From the NCBI RefSeq assembly GCF_964204645.1, contig NC_134025.1:23478299-23542298 (forward strand): a stretch of DNA of 64,000 bases, read 5' to 3'. The notes below the pieces were generated by a model, which saw only the letters and a list, made by a program, of their open reading frames with translations, searched no databases and was not told the origin of the DNA. Shown in pieces: positions 1-11,895 of this stretch. Positions within the stretch are counted from its first letter, which is position 1. Each line of letters opens with the position of its first letter. This DNA is from Tubulanus polymorphus. Its lineage: Eukaryota; Animalia; Nemertea. The translations under genes were made by a program, and so were the position numbers.

Positions 1-57
1 ATATTATGAAGCACTTAGAAACTGAATCTGAATACCAGTTAGAAAATGATTTGCTTA

Positions 58-1423
58 CCATCTCGAGAAATTCTGAATAGGCATTTTCCAATGTCCTTCC
101 AAGGAACCTAGAAGGCACGAGACCTTAAATCATAGAAATATGAATATTTGAACATGTACAACCGGATAAGAAGAAAACGATTTATCAGATTCTCAAACTA
201 AAACTCAACACCAACAATACCAGAACCCCAGGTAATTATATGTCCCCTGAAAGAGTTTGAAATATCTTAACCAATATTTACTCAAAATTGCAATGTTTCT
301 TTATTTACCCCATGAAGCTACCTTAATGATGATAGCATCGATTCCACATTTGATCATTTCATACAACAGCTCGGATTGATCTCTTCGCCACAAATATGCG
401 AGTGGCGTCAAACCCAGACGATAACAGCTAGATACAAAATGAAAACCAAGAGAATCTTTACTACAGATATTTCACAATTGAAATGTACAATCGTGAATAC
501 AAAGGTGTTAATGAAACATACACATTTTCGACTCTGACGCGTTGATAGTCTGATAGAATAGCACCGACCGATACTGCGTCTATATTCTCTTTTTCCTGAA
601 ATATTGAAATAAATTAGTGCAACTACTGAGAAATACAGTGATTCTAGTAGTGAATCCATGTAGTGAATCAAGACTTCCCCCGAATGACTAATGATTGTTT
701 TTGTTCACCTTCATCTCACTGAGAAGAGCATAAAGATCTTCTACTTCATCTTCATCATTTTTCTGATAGTCGGTTCCAATTGATACAGATGAACCTTTGA
801 TTTGTCGCCTGTAAAGAGGTACACTCATTGCCTCGGCGTACAGTTCAATTGCCTGGTGTCCAACTGTTTGGAACATATAGCTATCAAGTTCATCTGCAAA
901 TGAATAGTTAATGCACCAGCTTTTGAAGAGAGGCACAGTGGTCGCATGGTTTTAAGCCGCCGGTCATAATCGTCTCGTAAAACCAGGGTTCATGGGTTAA
1001 AATCCTGGTGGTGACAAGAGTTTCTTGGTCGAAGGTTCTTCTCTGGTCTCTCCCCAATTGGGTAAAAGAAACATCAAACTTGGTAATAATGCCCTACGTG
1101 GTACTCAGTGGGTTGAGGGTATTAAAAACAGCTTTTGATTGAACGTAATCAAACAATTCTCCAGGATAAATACCTTTACTTTCAGGATGTAAATTTCCTA
1201 GGGCAATGATTTCGTGACCATGAGCAACACACTGCATCATATTGTAACAACTATCTTTGCCTCCACTGAAAATATTATTAGATATGCCATCTGTTTGTTC
1301 TGGGAATGGTTTCGTGCGGTAGTTAGTACGACCACAACATCGATATTCCGCACCAATTTCAGTAAATCTATACTTTAAAGCGGAGTAAAATTCAGCATAC
1401 CTGATAAGCGCAGCAACCCGCAT
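58..1423 (-). CDS. DPH6: Diphthine--ammonia ligase (ATP-binding domain protein 4), 5' part; gene continues past the left edge
   Basis: Exons ~1401-1423, 1174-1265, 709-893, ~522-596, ~308-437 and ~58-123 with GT-AG ends. They join to MRVAALISGGKDSCYNMMQCVAHGHEIIALGNL...DELDSYMFQTVGH...EVEDLY...VSVGAILSDYQRVRVENV..RLGLTPLAYLWRRDQ, with the PP-loop SGGKDS and DPH6 family motifs. Confidence 0.95.
927..1128 (+). mobile_element. tRNA-derived SINE in DPH6 intron 2
   Basis: A-box-like TGGTCGCATGG (~939) and B-box-like GGTTAAAATCC (~995), then a non-tRNA body and a short A tail. Flanked by the direct repeat CAGCTTTTGA at 917-926 and 1129-1138 (target-site duplication). Confidence 0.7.
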
Positions 1424-1609
1424 CGTGAAGTCCCTTTATCGCGCGATTCAAGAAATCATGAAAGGTGTGAATAAGGAAAATCGGTTCGGAAAATGATCAG
1501 AGCAAAAAAATTGAAAAACGCTTCCCGCTCCACATAAATATTCAATTCAATCGTATCTTTATTTAAAATCCGAATCCAGATTTTACGCTTAACCAACACG
1601 AACGATAAA
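1424..1609. promoter_or_regulatory. Bidirectional promoter region, DPH6/PNN
   Basis: Only 186 bp separate the divergent ATGs (1423 on -, 1610 on +). The region is relatively CpG-rich, and a YY1-like AAAATGGCG overlaps the PNN start. Confidence 0.75.
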
Positions 1610-4600
1610 ATGGCGTCGGTCGATGGTTTGCACGAGCAGTTATTGAAGGCCCGAGAAAACCTCAAGTCAGTAGATGAGAACATTAAAAAACTCACGGGAC
1701 GAACATTTAGGTGAGAAGCTTTAACTGTGATTGAATTTTAAAGCTACTGTTCCTTCATGTGACCTCTAAATAAACGAGTATTTAATCCTTTGTGGACGAA
1801 CTAATTAGCAAAAGAAACAGTGCCAGTAACTATGGCAGTTACTATTGAACGTATTACCGTTTAAGAATAGCTATTCTCAGATTTCAAACTTTCGGCCAAA
1901 CTTTCTACTGCAGCCATCTATATGGTTAACAGATTAGGCTCATCCGGAATAGGTAGAGTGTATTATTATAGTCGAAATGAATGCGTCAGATGAGAATTCC
2001 GCACTCGAGGAAGGAGACCAACGATTTTTATCGCTGTAGGATATGGAATTATTGTCGTTATCACTTTATGGCTCATTCTGATTGATTATCCAATTACTTA
2101 TTTTTTGCCTAATTACTTAACCTTATACTGATTATTGACAGTGAGTTGTTAGGCCTAGGTGTTAAAATTAATGGTATGGTATTGCTGACAATCATTGCTT
2201 ACAGCCTAAAACTAATTCATGCTTTTGATATTGATATAGAACACCTGGTAGTGGTCCCGGCCCTGGAGGTAGGCGAGGGCCGCCTGGAAGAGTACCTGGC
2301 GGAGATGTAAGATCATCCAGAGGCGGACGTCTTTTTGCTATGGCGAGGTTTGTTACATGATATTTAATGAAGTCTTCTCATTTGTTAAATGCCAACATAT
2401 TTGGTAAAAAATGATCGTCTATTTTTTGCAGACGTGGTCTCGTGGATGATGCACGTGATGGAGGTCCGCCTGCGAAGCGTAGAAATATCGGTACTGCTTT
2501 TGGCAGGTAGGTACCTTAACAGTTGCATTTGTTGAATTCATTTCATTGTGAAAATCCATTAATTCAGATATTTTAAATGGACTTAAGCAGGAATGTGAAT
2601 CTTAAGCTGACTATATTTTCCATAAATTACGTAAAACTGAAAATCTGCTCAGTTTTACTTGAATGATGTTTAAAACCCACTATATTTTGTTTTGAAACAT
2701 CGTGTATTTTGAGTTTTGATAAATGGAATTAATGGAGTTTTTCATCCTTTAAATTCTGTATAAGATGTAGTGGGTTTTAAACTTATTTTCTTTTCCCCAC
2801 ATCAGAGTTATTCTACCATTTTGCTTGAATTGTTCACAGCCCTGATCATGTTGCATCACTCAAATCACTTTGGATTCTTTGAATTTTAGGATGGGGTCAC
2901 ATTCTGAGGGGAGAGGAAGGCGGCATCAGGTGGATAGTGGAGATGAGGATATTCAGAAGAAGGTGAGTAATAGTCAATGTAATTTTCAACTGATTTCGAA
3001 ATTTACCATTCTGGAGAAAAAGTCATAAGTTTGTCGGTTGTTTCATTTTTAGCACGCTATCCAGTCGTCAGTTGTGGCTCCATTATCATCGCTACGCAGC
3101 CGTAAGGACATAATGGATGAACAAACGAGTGATACTAAGGGCAAAGCTAGGTAAGTTGTACATTCATATGAAAATAATCTGTCAATTGATGAATCTTATG
3201 CACCACTTTGATTCTGAATTTTTCTTTGTTTTAAGTTACCTACAAACTAGTATTTAACAAAATTTTTTACCACTGAAACCAAGTTATTCATTGACAGGGT
3301 CCCTACGACTCTTTGATTCCTTAAAAACTCCTTCGAAATGGAAAATGTTTTTAAAGGTGCTTGAAACTCCTTTGATTTGAGCAAAATGCCCAAAATCTTT
3401 AAAACCCAGATGTACACCCTAGCAATTTGAAATTTCCCCGAGAATACCACCGTAGTACATCGTATAAAAGAGGTGTATACATGTACAGCATTTGTATTAT
3501 TTTTGAAATAAATATGATATTGCAGGAATCGTCGAATGTTTGGATTGTTGCTGGGTACATTGCAAAAGTTCAAAAATGAGTCACAGGCTACGGAAGATAA
3601 GGTGAAGAAGAATTTTTTTTCAATGCGGTGAAACAAAATATTTTGTGACTCATACTTGGAAATTGATATCGTGAAAAGTTTTGTTTAAAAAAGCCGATGA
3701 TTTGCTTCAGGAAAAACAACGAAAGGACATCGAAGAAAAATTGGACCAAAGAGCGGTGCAAGAGAAAGAAGACATGAAACGAGAACGCGAAGAATTATTC
3801 ACGGAAAGAAGACAAAAACAGGCTGAGCTCAGGCAACTAGAAATCAAAATGGGCTATGTCGAAGCTGTGAGTTATATCATTGAATCAACAACTAATTGTT
3901 ATTTATCATTAGATCGTGTTCAATTATATTTGATATTTTGTGACATTTTTTTGCAGCACAAAACGTGGGAAAGCCAGTACAAAAATCTACGCCATTTTAT
4001 CCGAACGAAGGCGAAACCGCATATATTTTATCTTCCGAAAGAGATGATACCCGCAACGATTCGCAAACAACAAGACACGAGTAAACTGATCGATGGTAGG
4101 TTTTATTTGTTTATGGTCAACTGATTGCGGAGTTGCTCTTGCTGACAGTAGCACTTACCAGTAACTTACCGAATTTCGTGGTTCTGACGGTTTGTTCATA
4201 ATTACAGAAATGATTGAAGAGCGAAAGAAGAAACTGGAGAAAGACTTGGAAGCGGTGTCGCAGAGAGATCATCGTGAACATATGAAAGTGGACGATCACG
4301 AGGATGAGGACGAAGATATGGGCGATAAAGCCGGCGATTGGGATGAGGGAGGGGGCGAAAATAAGGTCGACAATGAGGAAAATAATGAGGTTGAAGTTGA
4401 CGAGGAGGACGAGGGAGGGAAAGACACGGAGGCGATGAAAGACAATGACGATAAAGAAAACCGTCTGTCAGAACTTAACGAAGACGAAAAGATTGCGCAA
4501 GAAGATGACACGCTCGTTTCTGATGCGAAGAAACCGGGGCTGGAAAATGGTCACGATGACCACGTAACCAATGAAAGTGACAAAAATGTGACTGAACTGT

Positions 4601-4701
4601 CCAATATTCCCTCGAACCCGGGTGAGACTGAACAACTTGATGAGCAGACAATGGAGACTTATTCAAATGATCAGACGAATCCTATGGAGGTCCCAGAGTG
4701 A
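1610..4701 (+). CDS. PNN: Pinin (EJC/PSAP-associated splicing factor), 9 exons
   Basis: MASVDGLHEQLLKARENLKSVDENIKKLTGR N-terminus; RNRRMFGLLLGTLQKFK, LFTERR and FIRTKAKPHIFYLP pinin motifs; acidic tail; stop at 4699-4701. All introns are GT-AG. Confidence 0.93.
3295..3421. mobile_element. Short MITE-like insertion with CAGGGT...ACCCT termini in a PNN intron
   Basis: Begins CAGGGT and ends GTACACCCT, with internal AAACTCCTT repeats; resembles the other CAGGG-terminated elements in this window. Confidence 0.4.
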
Positions 4702-6724
4702 CCCCATTCCAGTTAGAATGAAAATTCAAACTTTTGGACAGATCATTGGAATCTTGGGAAAAAATTTAGTTCTTATAACCTTTCATTCCTAACTGCAATG
4801 CCAAGTTCATCCTTCTAAGTTATTTGGATCGAAGAGATCTCTATCCACCTTGATATCTTCAACTTGTTTTTACTCAAAAGGTGCTAGATTTCTGAGACGA
4901 CGAAGATGCACTTAATCGGCAGTGATGTCTTACTGAGGATAGGATTATGAGAACATGTTTTGACAAAGAGACATTGGGTTAGATGATAGACATGCTCTTA
5001 AGATTACCCCTGATTCAGCCAACTGGCAGCAATGTTGATATGTGGTATATTTGTACCCGATATATGTAACCGATTGTTAGTTTTGTTTATATATTGTAAA
5101 TTGTCAATTCACTAAATCTGTTATTGGTAAAACAACGAATGGTTCATTCCTTAATTTGTGTGTATTTTACATGGTTTTAGCTTGCTATAGAGCCAAGTAA
5201 AAACCAGGTGAAATATGTTGCAACTATTGAAATAATTTTTGCCGATTGTATGTTACAAATCATATTTTTAGATATTCAGAAATTACTAAAGTATCTTTTT
5301 TCCAGGTTACGGGCAGATGGTTTTGTATGCTTGCTTATTCTTTGACTGATTAACTTTTGAATTAGAATTGTCTAGCTTAAAAATGATAACAATCATGATA
5401 AAAAGCTATTTTCTGCCATTCACTTTGTCAATGATAATGGATTCTTTGTTGCAGGCATTTATTTAACATGTGTACTATTGCGAAAAACCTACTAGAAATT
5501 CTTGTTTCAGTGTTGGTAAGTCACTGTCTAGGTGTATTGGTTGATGTGTGAGATAAATTTTCTTAATCTGCCAGATAGAGTAAAATGAGGTCATGTACAA
5601 ATTGATTGTTTATCCTTTACAAACTTGAACAGAAGCATTTTAATAGATCGATGCAAATAACAATGAATAAAAGGGTAATTCCAAATTTTTTACGAATTTA
5701 GTGTTCTGTATATTTATTTAATATATGGTGATTTTGTGGCATTCACAATTTTTCTGAGGTAGAATTTATTCAACTCTAGGACGTCAACATCGGAAATCGC
5801 CTTCCTTTGAATATGTAATGGTCCTGGCTTGAATACGTTCAGATCGCCTTGACGCTTATGATGGAAATGAATAAGAAAATTGGTTGTGAATGTGAAGATG
5901 TAACTCTTAAACGCTTAGTACTTGCAGAAGGATCCATTATTGCATTTATAGGGATGTTCAGAATTCCTTCAACTATTTATTCCAACCTCAAAAGTGAGTG
6001 AATCTAAGACGTTAAAAAGTAGGCTATATTTTAATTTTTATTTACATAATGGTAAATGATATATATATTATAATTATATTCATAATTTACAGAAGATATA
6101 CTTTGCAACTTTCTTAAAACGGGGAAAGATGAAGGTTTCACACAGGGTACTGGATGTATACATGACCAAGATGCAAATAAAATCCATATTTAAAGAAAGT
6201 TGGTACATAAACATGTATATGTATTTAAAGCAATCAGTTCTTAATACATTCTTAGGATGTAATTAGCACAAACTAATACTAACGATTATAGTCATTTCTA
6301 CACTTGTATCCTGAACATAACCGAAATATGTTCTGTCCTTGTTGAAACAGTTTAGTTCACTACAACAATGTAAACCAGAGACTATAGAAATGCGATAGGT
6401 ACCGGGTACAAAATAAAGAACAACAACCCATTACCATCACAGTATTAATGTATGTACCTTTCGAGAAAAACGGAGGATGCTCATTTTCTGCACCCATTTA
6501 CAACTAACAGTCCCTATTCCGAAGGTAACAGGAAAGAATTTGTCACTGAGTTAAGTTTCTGAAGTATAACAGTATTCCAACTTTGTATCCTGCGGGTAAT
6601 TTTCAAATAGAACAAACAGCATAATCTAGTTCGCACCGATTGTTTGAAATAATAAAGTGGCTGTTAATATCCAATTCCAATTCGATTTTAGATGATCATA
6701 GGAATTTGAAATGTATAGTGGATG

Positions 6725-9700
6725 TTACAGAGGTTGAGGAGGCAGTTTCTGATCCGGAGCTTGTGGTTGATAGTCATGGCTGTGGATCTCGGGTTGATAG
6801 GTCAACAATACGATCGATACCCATAGATGAAGCGCAACCTGAAAATGAAAGATCAGAGATTTAGCAATCTTTTCAGCATTTACACAGTCTACATGTAGTA
6901 ACTAGGCCTCTTGAGTCACTATGTTTTGAACACATGTCCTGCTTCAACATTTTCTGGAAGGGTAACAGATATTTTTTCTATCAATCCAAGCTTTTTCCTA
7001 TTTCTAGCACTGATAGGTAATAGCATATAATAAGGCTGGGTGAATTAAAAAATAGGGAAAACTGTTTCATTTTACGTCGAAATTGATGCTTCAGATATTT
7101 TTGTTTACATCACTTCTTCCAGATTCGTGATAAGTTTCTTATTAGTACTAAGAAAGAATTTATACTTACCATGTAACATATCACAAATATTCTGGCAATT
7201 GGATATCTTCGAAGAAAAATACCGAGTCGTACACTGTAAATATATATACATTATGGTAAATGAATAATAGAATGAGCATATTTTAAAGAGGTATACAGGT
7301 AGTTTTATATCCTGGACATTTTTGAATACCTACCTAAAACGATCCAACGTATTGGCAGCTTTTTTCATGCCTCGCGCAACCTTCGTATCCAGTGGTGATT
7401 CGCGCATGAAACCTGGCAGTCGATGACGAACTAAACACAGAAAATATCAGTATTTCAGTAGTGTGATATAGGAGTGCGTTATTCATTCATAGAAAGACGT
7501 AAGAATATTAGAATAGTTCAAACTCACTTTCATCGTCTTCGGACACGTGTAGCGTAGTCGTGGCGGCTCTTGTTGCAGATGACTGCATATCTTGGTATTG
7601 CAGCTGGAAAATTGTTAAGATAAGCGTTTAGAACTGGTATTCTGAATTCATAGCAAACACAGGGAACATTAATTTTATCCTCCTACCTGCAGACGTTCTA
7701 GCTGAAGTCCGAGAGAATTTTTCTCCGTGCTTAATGCTTCGAGCATTGTTTGTTTCTGAATGAGACTTTCAGTGAGGGAATGTAAACGGCTTTCCAGTTC
7801 CGCCTGGCCAGTGCTGTTCTGTTTTATGGTCAACTAAGATTCAATTTTCATCATATAATATTTGTTTCATTAGTAGTGAAAAATGACATTCCAGCTTTAA
7901 GACTGATACCTGATTCCTTAGTTTGTCCACTTCAAGACCTCTATCACGCAGTCGCGACTGGAAATCAGTCTTTTGTCTCAGCAGCTCCTCATGTGCACAC
8001 CGTAGCTCCTTTTACAAACGAGAATGATGAATCAAATTTGGTCCGAGTTTTCAAGCGTTTTTTTCCTATCTATTATCATTACCTGTTTCTGTTTCAGTAC
8101 TTCGTGATCTGCATCTTCTCGTTTTCGTTTTTCGCTTGTTAACTGTTCCTCTAAATTCTGGATGTTATTCTGAGCCATTGTTTCCTCCGAAGACATCTGC
8201 ACTTCTAAATCCTGTGAAAACATCATATCGAATCATCAAGCTACTAGTGCTGGTATATTACTGATGATGATGGCTACTAAGTTAATTGTTGTTTCGCAAG
8301 CAATTTGAGATTTGTAAGACCTCAATTCTATTGATTTTGTTCAGTTTTTCGCTGAGTCAGAAAAAAATTGATTCTATCTCTTTGCCCTTTATATACCACT
8401 ACTTCTTTGATTTATTCGACCACTTACAGAAATCTCGCCTCTCAGCTGTTCAATAGTCAGTCGACACTGCTGCAATTCTTCTCTGTAAAGATCTCTCTCC
8501 TGACAAATGTGATCAAGTTCAATAGAAGAGAAACTAGAAGACACACTGATTTCTGGACCGGATGCTCCAACTTCCATCGTATTGCTTGACCCTTCTCTCA
8601 GCGCAGTGATCAACTTGTCCTTTGACTAGAGAAAGAGACATGGAATCCTGGGTAAACCTTATTAATAGCTGTTTCAGCCAAAACGGATAATTTAGACCCA
8701 CATATAGGAGGATCAAAATCTCCTTTACATGAATTTATACCTGCAATATTCGCGCTGCCTTCTCTTTATAATCGGTCAATTCCTTCCGCACAGCATCGTG
8801 ATTCTGTTTCCAATTTTTCAGCTGAGCATTCATCTCCGCAGTTCTCGCTAAAGTAATCTTAATTAAGGAATTGATACTAATGCCAAACAAACGAATCATA
8901 TTCAGCTGGTCAGGGTTAATCATTTGCATCTAGGCATCTGTGTGGGCCAAAAATGGCCAACAAATGAAACAAAGATAATAAAACTACGGCCAGCGGTCAT
9001 CTGCTCTACATCTCATTACTCTGGTAGTTTAAGGATACTTTTTTCTTCAGTCATCTTTTTATGTGATAATGCCAGAGATTCAGCCATTTTCGTCTGTTCT
9101 TCTTGATGTCGATGCTCCTTCTGCATCAGCTCTTGCTGCAGAAATTTAAAGTATACACAAACTGACATAGGCATTTTGTCAAATTAGACGATAGTTAACG
9201 CATGATAGGCTACGTACCTGAATTTGTTGAAATGCCTCTTCTTTTTGCTGTAATGCTGCATCAGTGTCGCGTAATCTATCTTTCAACGAATCCAGAGCAT
9301 GACTTTGCAGGCCAGAGGAGTCTGAATGATCTTGCAAAATCCTGTAAAAATCCATATTCCACATAGTCTATAACAATATGTTCAATATATTACATTAAAC
9401 GTACCGGGGTATTGTAGACTGTCAAGCCTATGTTTTTAACATAACAAAAACTGTTGAAATTTTGTATTAACTTCAATTACTAATATGTAGCTAGAAATAC
9501 TTTTCATCATGAAATGATTTACCGTACCTCATTTTATCTTGTTGAACGCTGCTTAATTTCTTCTTCATATCGTTGACCTCGGCGTCGGCCTCTTCGATTC
9601 GTACACGCAAAACGGCCAGCTGCGAATCCTTCGCCGTCAACGACTCCATTAAGTCATTTTCACGAGCTTGTAGCTCCCTGACGATTTGATCGCTTTGCGA

Positions 9701-11011
9701 CAGCTGAGACCCGTGGTCGTTCAGTAAACCATCTTTCCGACGCAACTCTATAACGCAAAAATGCCATCTTTAAACTGATTGTTACTTGAGCGTTAAACTA
9801 TAGTAGACAGGGTCGGATTAAAGCACTTGTCCCATTGCCCAGGACAAGTGTATATTCATTAGGGCAAGGTTACCATTATGACTTGTCCGCCGGGCTAGTG
9901 CACTTTCATGTCTCAAAGCTTTTTTCCGATCGATTAACAGATGATTGAGCTGACAGTCGGACTGCCTGTGTAGGGCAAGTGGATCTTTAAGGGGGCAAGT
10001 GAAATTTCAGATAAGCTTTGACCCACTGGCAAGTGGCTTTTATCCCTTAGATCAGCCTCGTAGACTAATAAAGATATAAAAATCACCTTTTTCAGCGCTT
10101 TTTGCGCGTTGTAATAATGAAGCCATTTCACCGTTGAGGGACGAGATTTCATTGCGCAATAGTTTGTTCTCGAGCTCCATTGAGGAAACGCTTTGTCCAG
10201 CAATGACGACTTCATCTTGAACATTCTTTACAGGCTGAGGTTCTAAGTCGTTAGGCGTAGATTCCAGTTCCTGTTCTTCAGGAGTTGAACCTTCAATTTT
10301 CGAAATCAATGTGTTGATAATAAAACATGGCTAACATAACGTTGTACAGCATGGCTACAACCCTAAGTGAAATCTGACCAGAGTCTAAGAATTGCTAGTC
10401 CAAATACCCATCATCTGGGGTTAGCCCTTGCAGTTACAATGGCTAGAATAATACACTAATCTATAAAAATGCTTACTTTTTGATGCTGTATTTTCAGGGC
10501 TAGCGGATTCCGGTTTGTCAACCGTTAATTTCGTGGCACTTTTATTCGACACGGTAGACGATATACTAGAATGCCGTGAATGCCCGACGCTCCAACGTTC
10601 TTCCGTTTTGCCATTTTCTAATTTGACGTCGCTGTTCAAAAACTCGAACAGTTCCTCGTCTTTATCTTTCTTCGGTTTTGAATTGACCGGAGCTGGTGAT
10701 TTACTGACGGTAAGCAGCGCGCCGCCGGAACCATTATTTCTCGTGGTCGCGTGATTTTGTTTCGGACCACTCGGGAATGTATTTATCGGATTTGAATTCG
10801 TCGAATAGCTAGGCTTGTTAGTTCCTATTTGCGAATTAGACATGAAAGACGATTGCTCCGATGTTTTCGGAGTAGTGTTTCTGATAAGCGACGGTTTTTT
10901 CATGGGTCCGGGTGAAGCTTCCTCATCGTTTTGTAATGCCACAGCAGCTGTTTGGTCCACTTTGTTCAAGAGTTCCTCAGCCTTATTGGCCAATCCCGAT
11001 AACCAAGACAT
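6725..11011 (-). CDS. GOLGA5: Golgin-84 (golgin subfamily A member 5)
   Basis: MSWLSGLANKAEELLNKVDQ N-terminus; coiled-coil exons (LELENKLLRNEI-like, KDSQLAVLRVR, ELTDYKEKAARILQSKDKLI, LHSLTESLIQKQTMLEALSTEKNSL). C-terminal TM segment FSVRLGIFLRRYPIARIFVICYMVALHLWVSIVLLTYQPEIH; stop at 6725-6727. A probable 5' UTR exon ends near 11409. Confidence 0.95.
8848..9038 (-). other. U12-type (minor spliceosome) GT-AG intron in GOLGA5
   Basis: Donor GTATCCTTA at 9038; branch TTCCTTAAT (8862-8870) close to the AG at 8849-8848. Splicing keeps the frame (EEK-T-RTAEM). Confidence 0.85.
9808..10037. mobile_element. MITE-like element (CAGGG terminus, repeated GG[A/-]CAAGTG motifs) in a GOLGA5 intron
   Basis: Starts CAGGGTCGGAT; several CAAGTG/CACTTG motifs in both orientations; more GC-rich than the flanking intron. 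Confidence 0.45.
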
Positions 11012-11895
11012 TTCTGATTATTTCCAATTTCCTGATAGCCTAAAAAGATAGTCAGAGGATATCATGAAAATGTCAATAATGTGGTTTTTGTGGCATTCAT
11101 TTAAAAAAAAACGTTATTATCCCTTTTTTACGGTAGGCCTACATGGAATAGTTGTAACAACCCAACTATGGCACTCAAAACCATTATTGATAGTCTGGTT
11201 CAGTGGATGTCAATTATGTATTTTAGTAGGTCCAGATGGATTGGATGAAGTCGAAGAAAAATTTCATATTTCTTCAGATGAACCCGGAAGTAACAATTTC
11301 TAACATGTCATTTATTTATAAATCGCTCACAAAAAGATTTGAAATTCGATAGAATATAAAATCCGGTTTTCAAATACATAATTTGCTTTCTAAGACATCA
11401 TAACTTACCTTTAAATCATCGTCGATAGCGATTAATTAATCTTTTACCGTAGGAAATTAATGATGTTGTTGACGTTCTGACACGAAAACACTAGCTCATA
11501 CTCATTCATAGGCCGTAAATCCTGATCATATATTGGGTTCGAATCCCGCTATTCAGGTTCTAGCATTCCACATCAGAGCAAATTTCTTGAATGAAACAAG
11601 CTCTAAGGATGGGCTTTGAGCATAGTCAAAGGATAACTCCTTGCCAAAGTGAGATGATGTAGTTGATTATGTGATGGAAATTTTTTTTTTAAGTTTGGGG
11701 AGAATGAAATTGGTGGAAAGGGGTGAAATGCAGTCAAAACCCAACAATCAGTTAGATGATGAAATATATTCCAATGAACAAAAATCGATTTGATATTACG
11801 GAATATGTAATGTTGAGCTATTTATTCACACATTTTTTACAAACAGAAATTTTGCACACTTATTTGAATAGTAACTGACACTTTAGTGTATCTGT

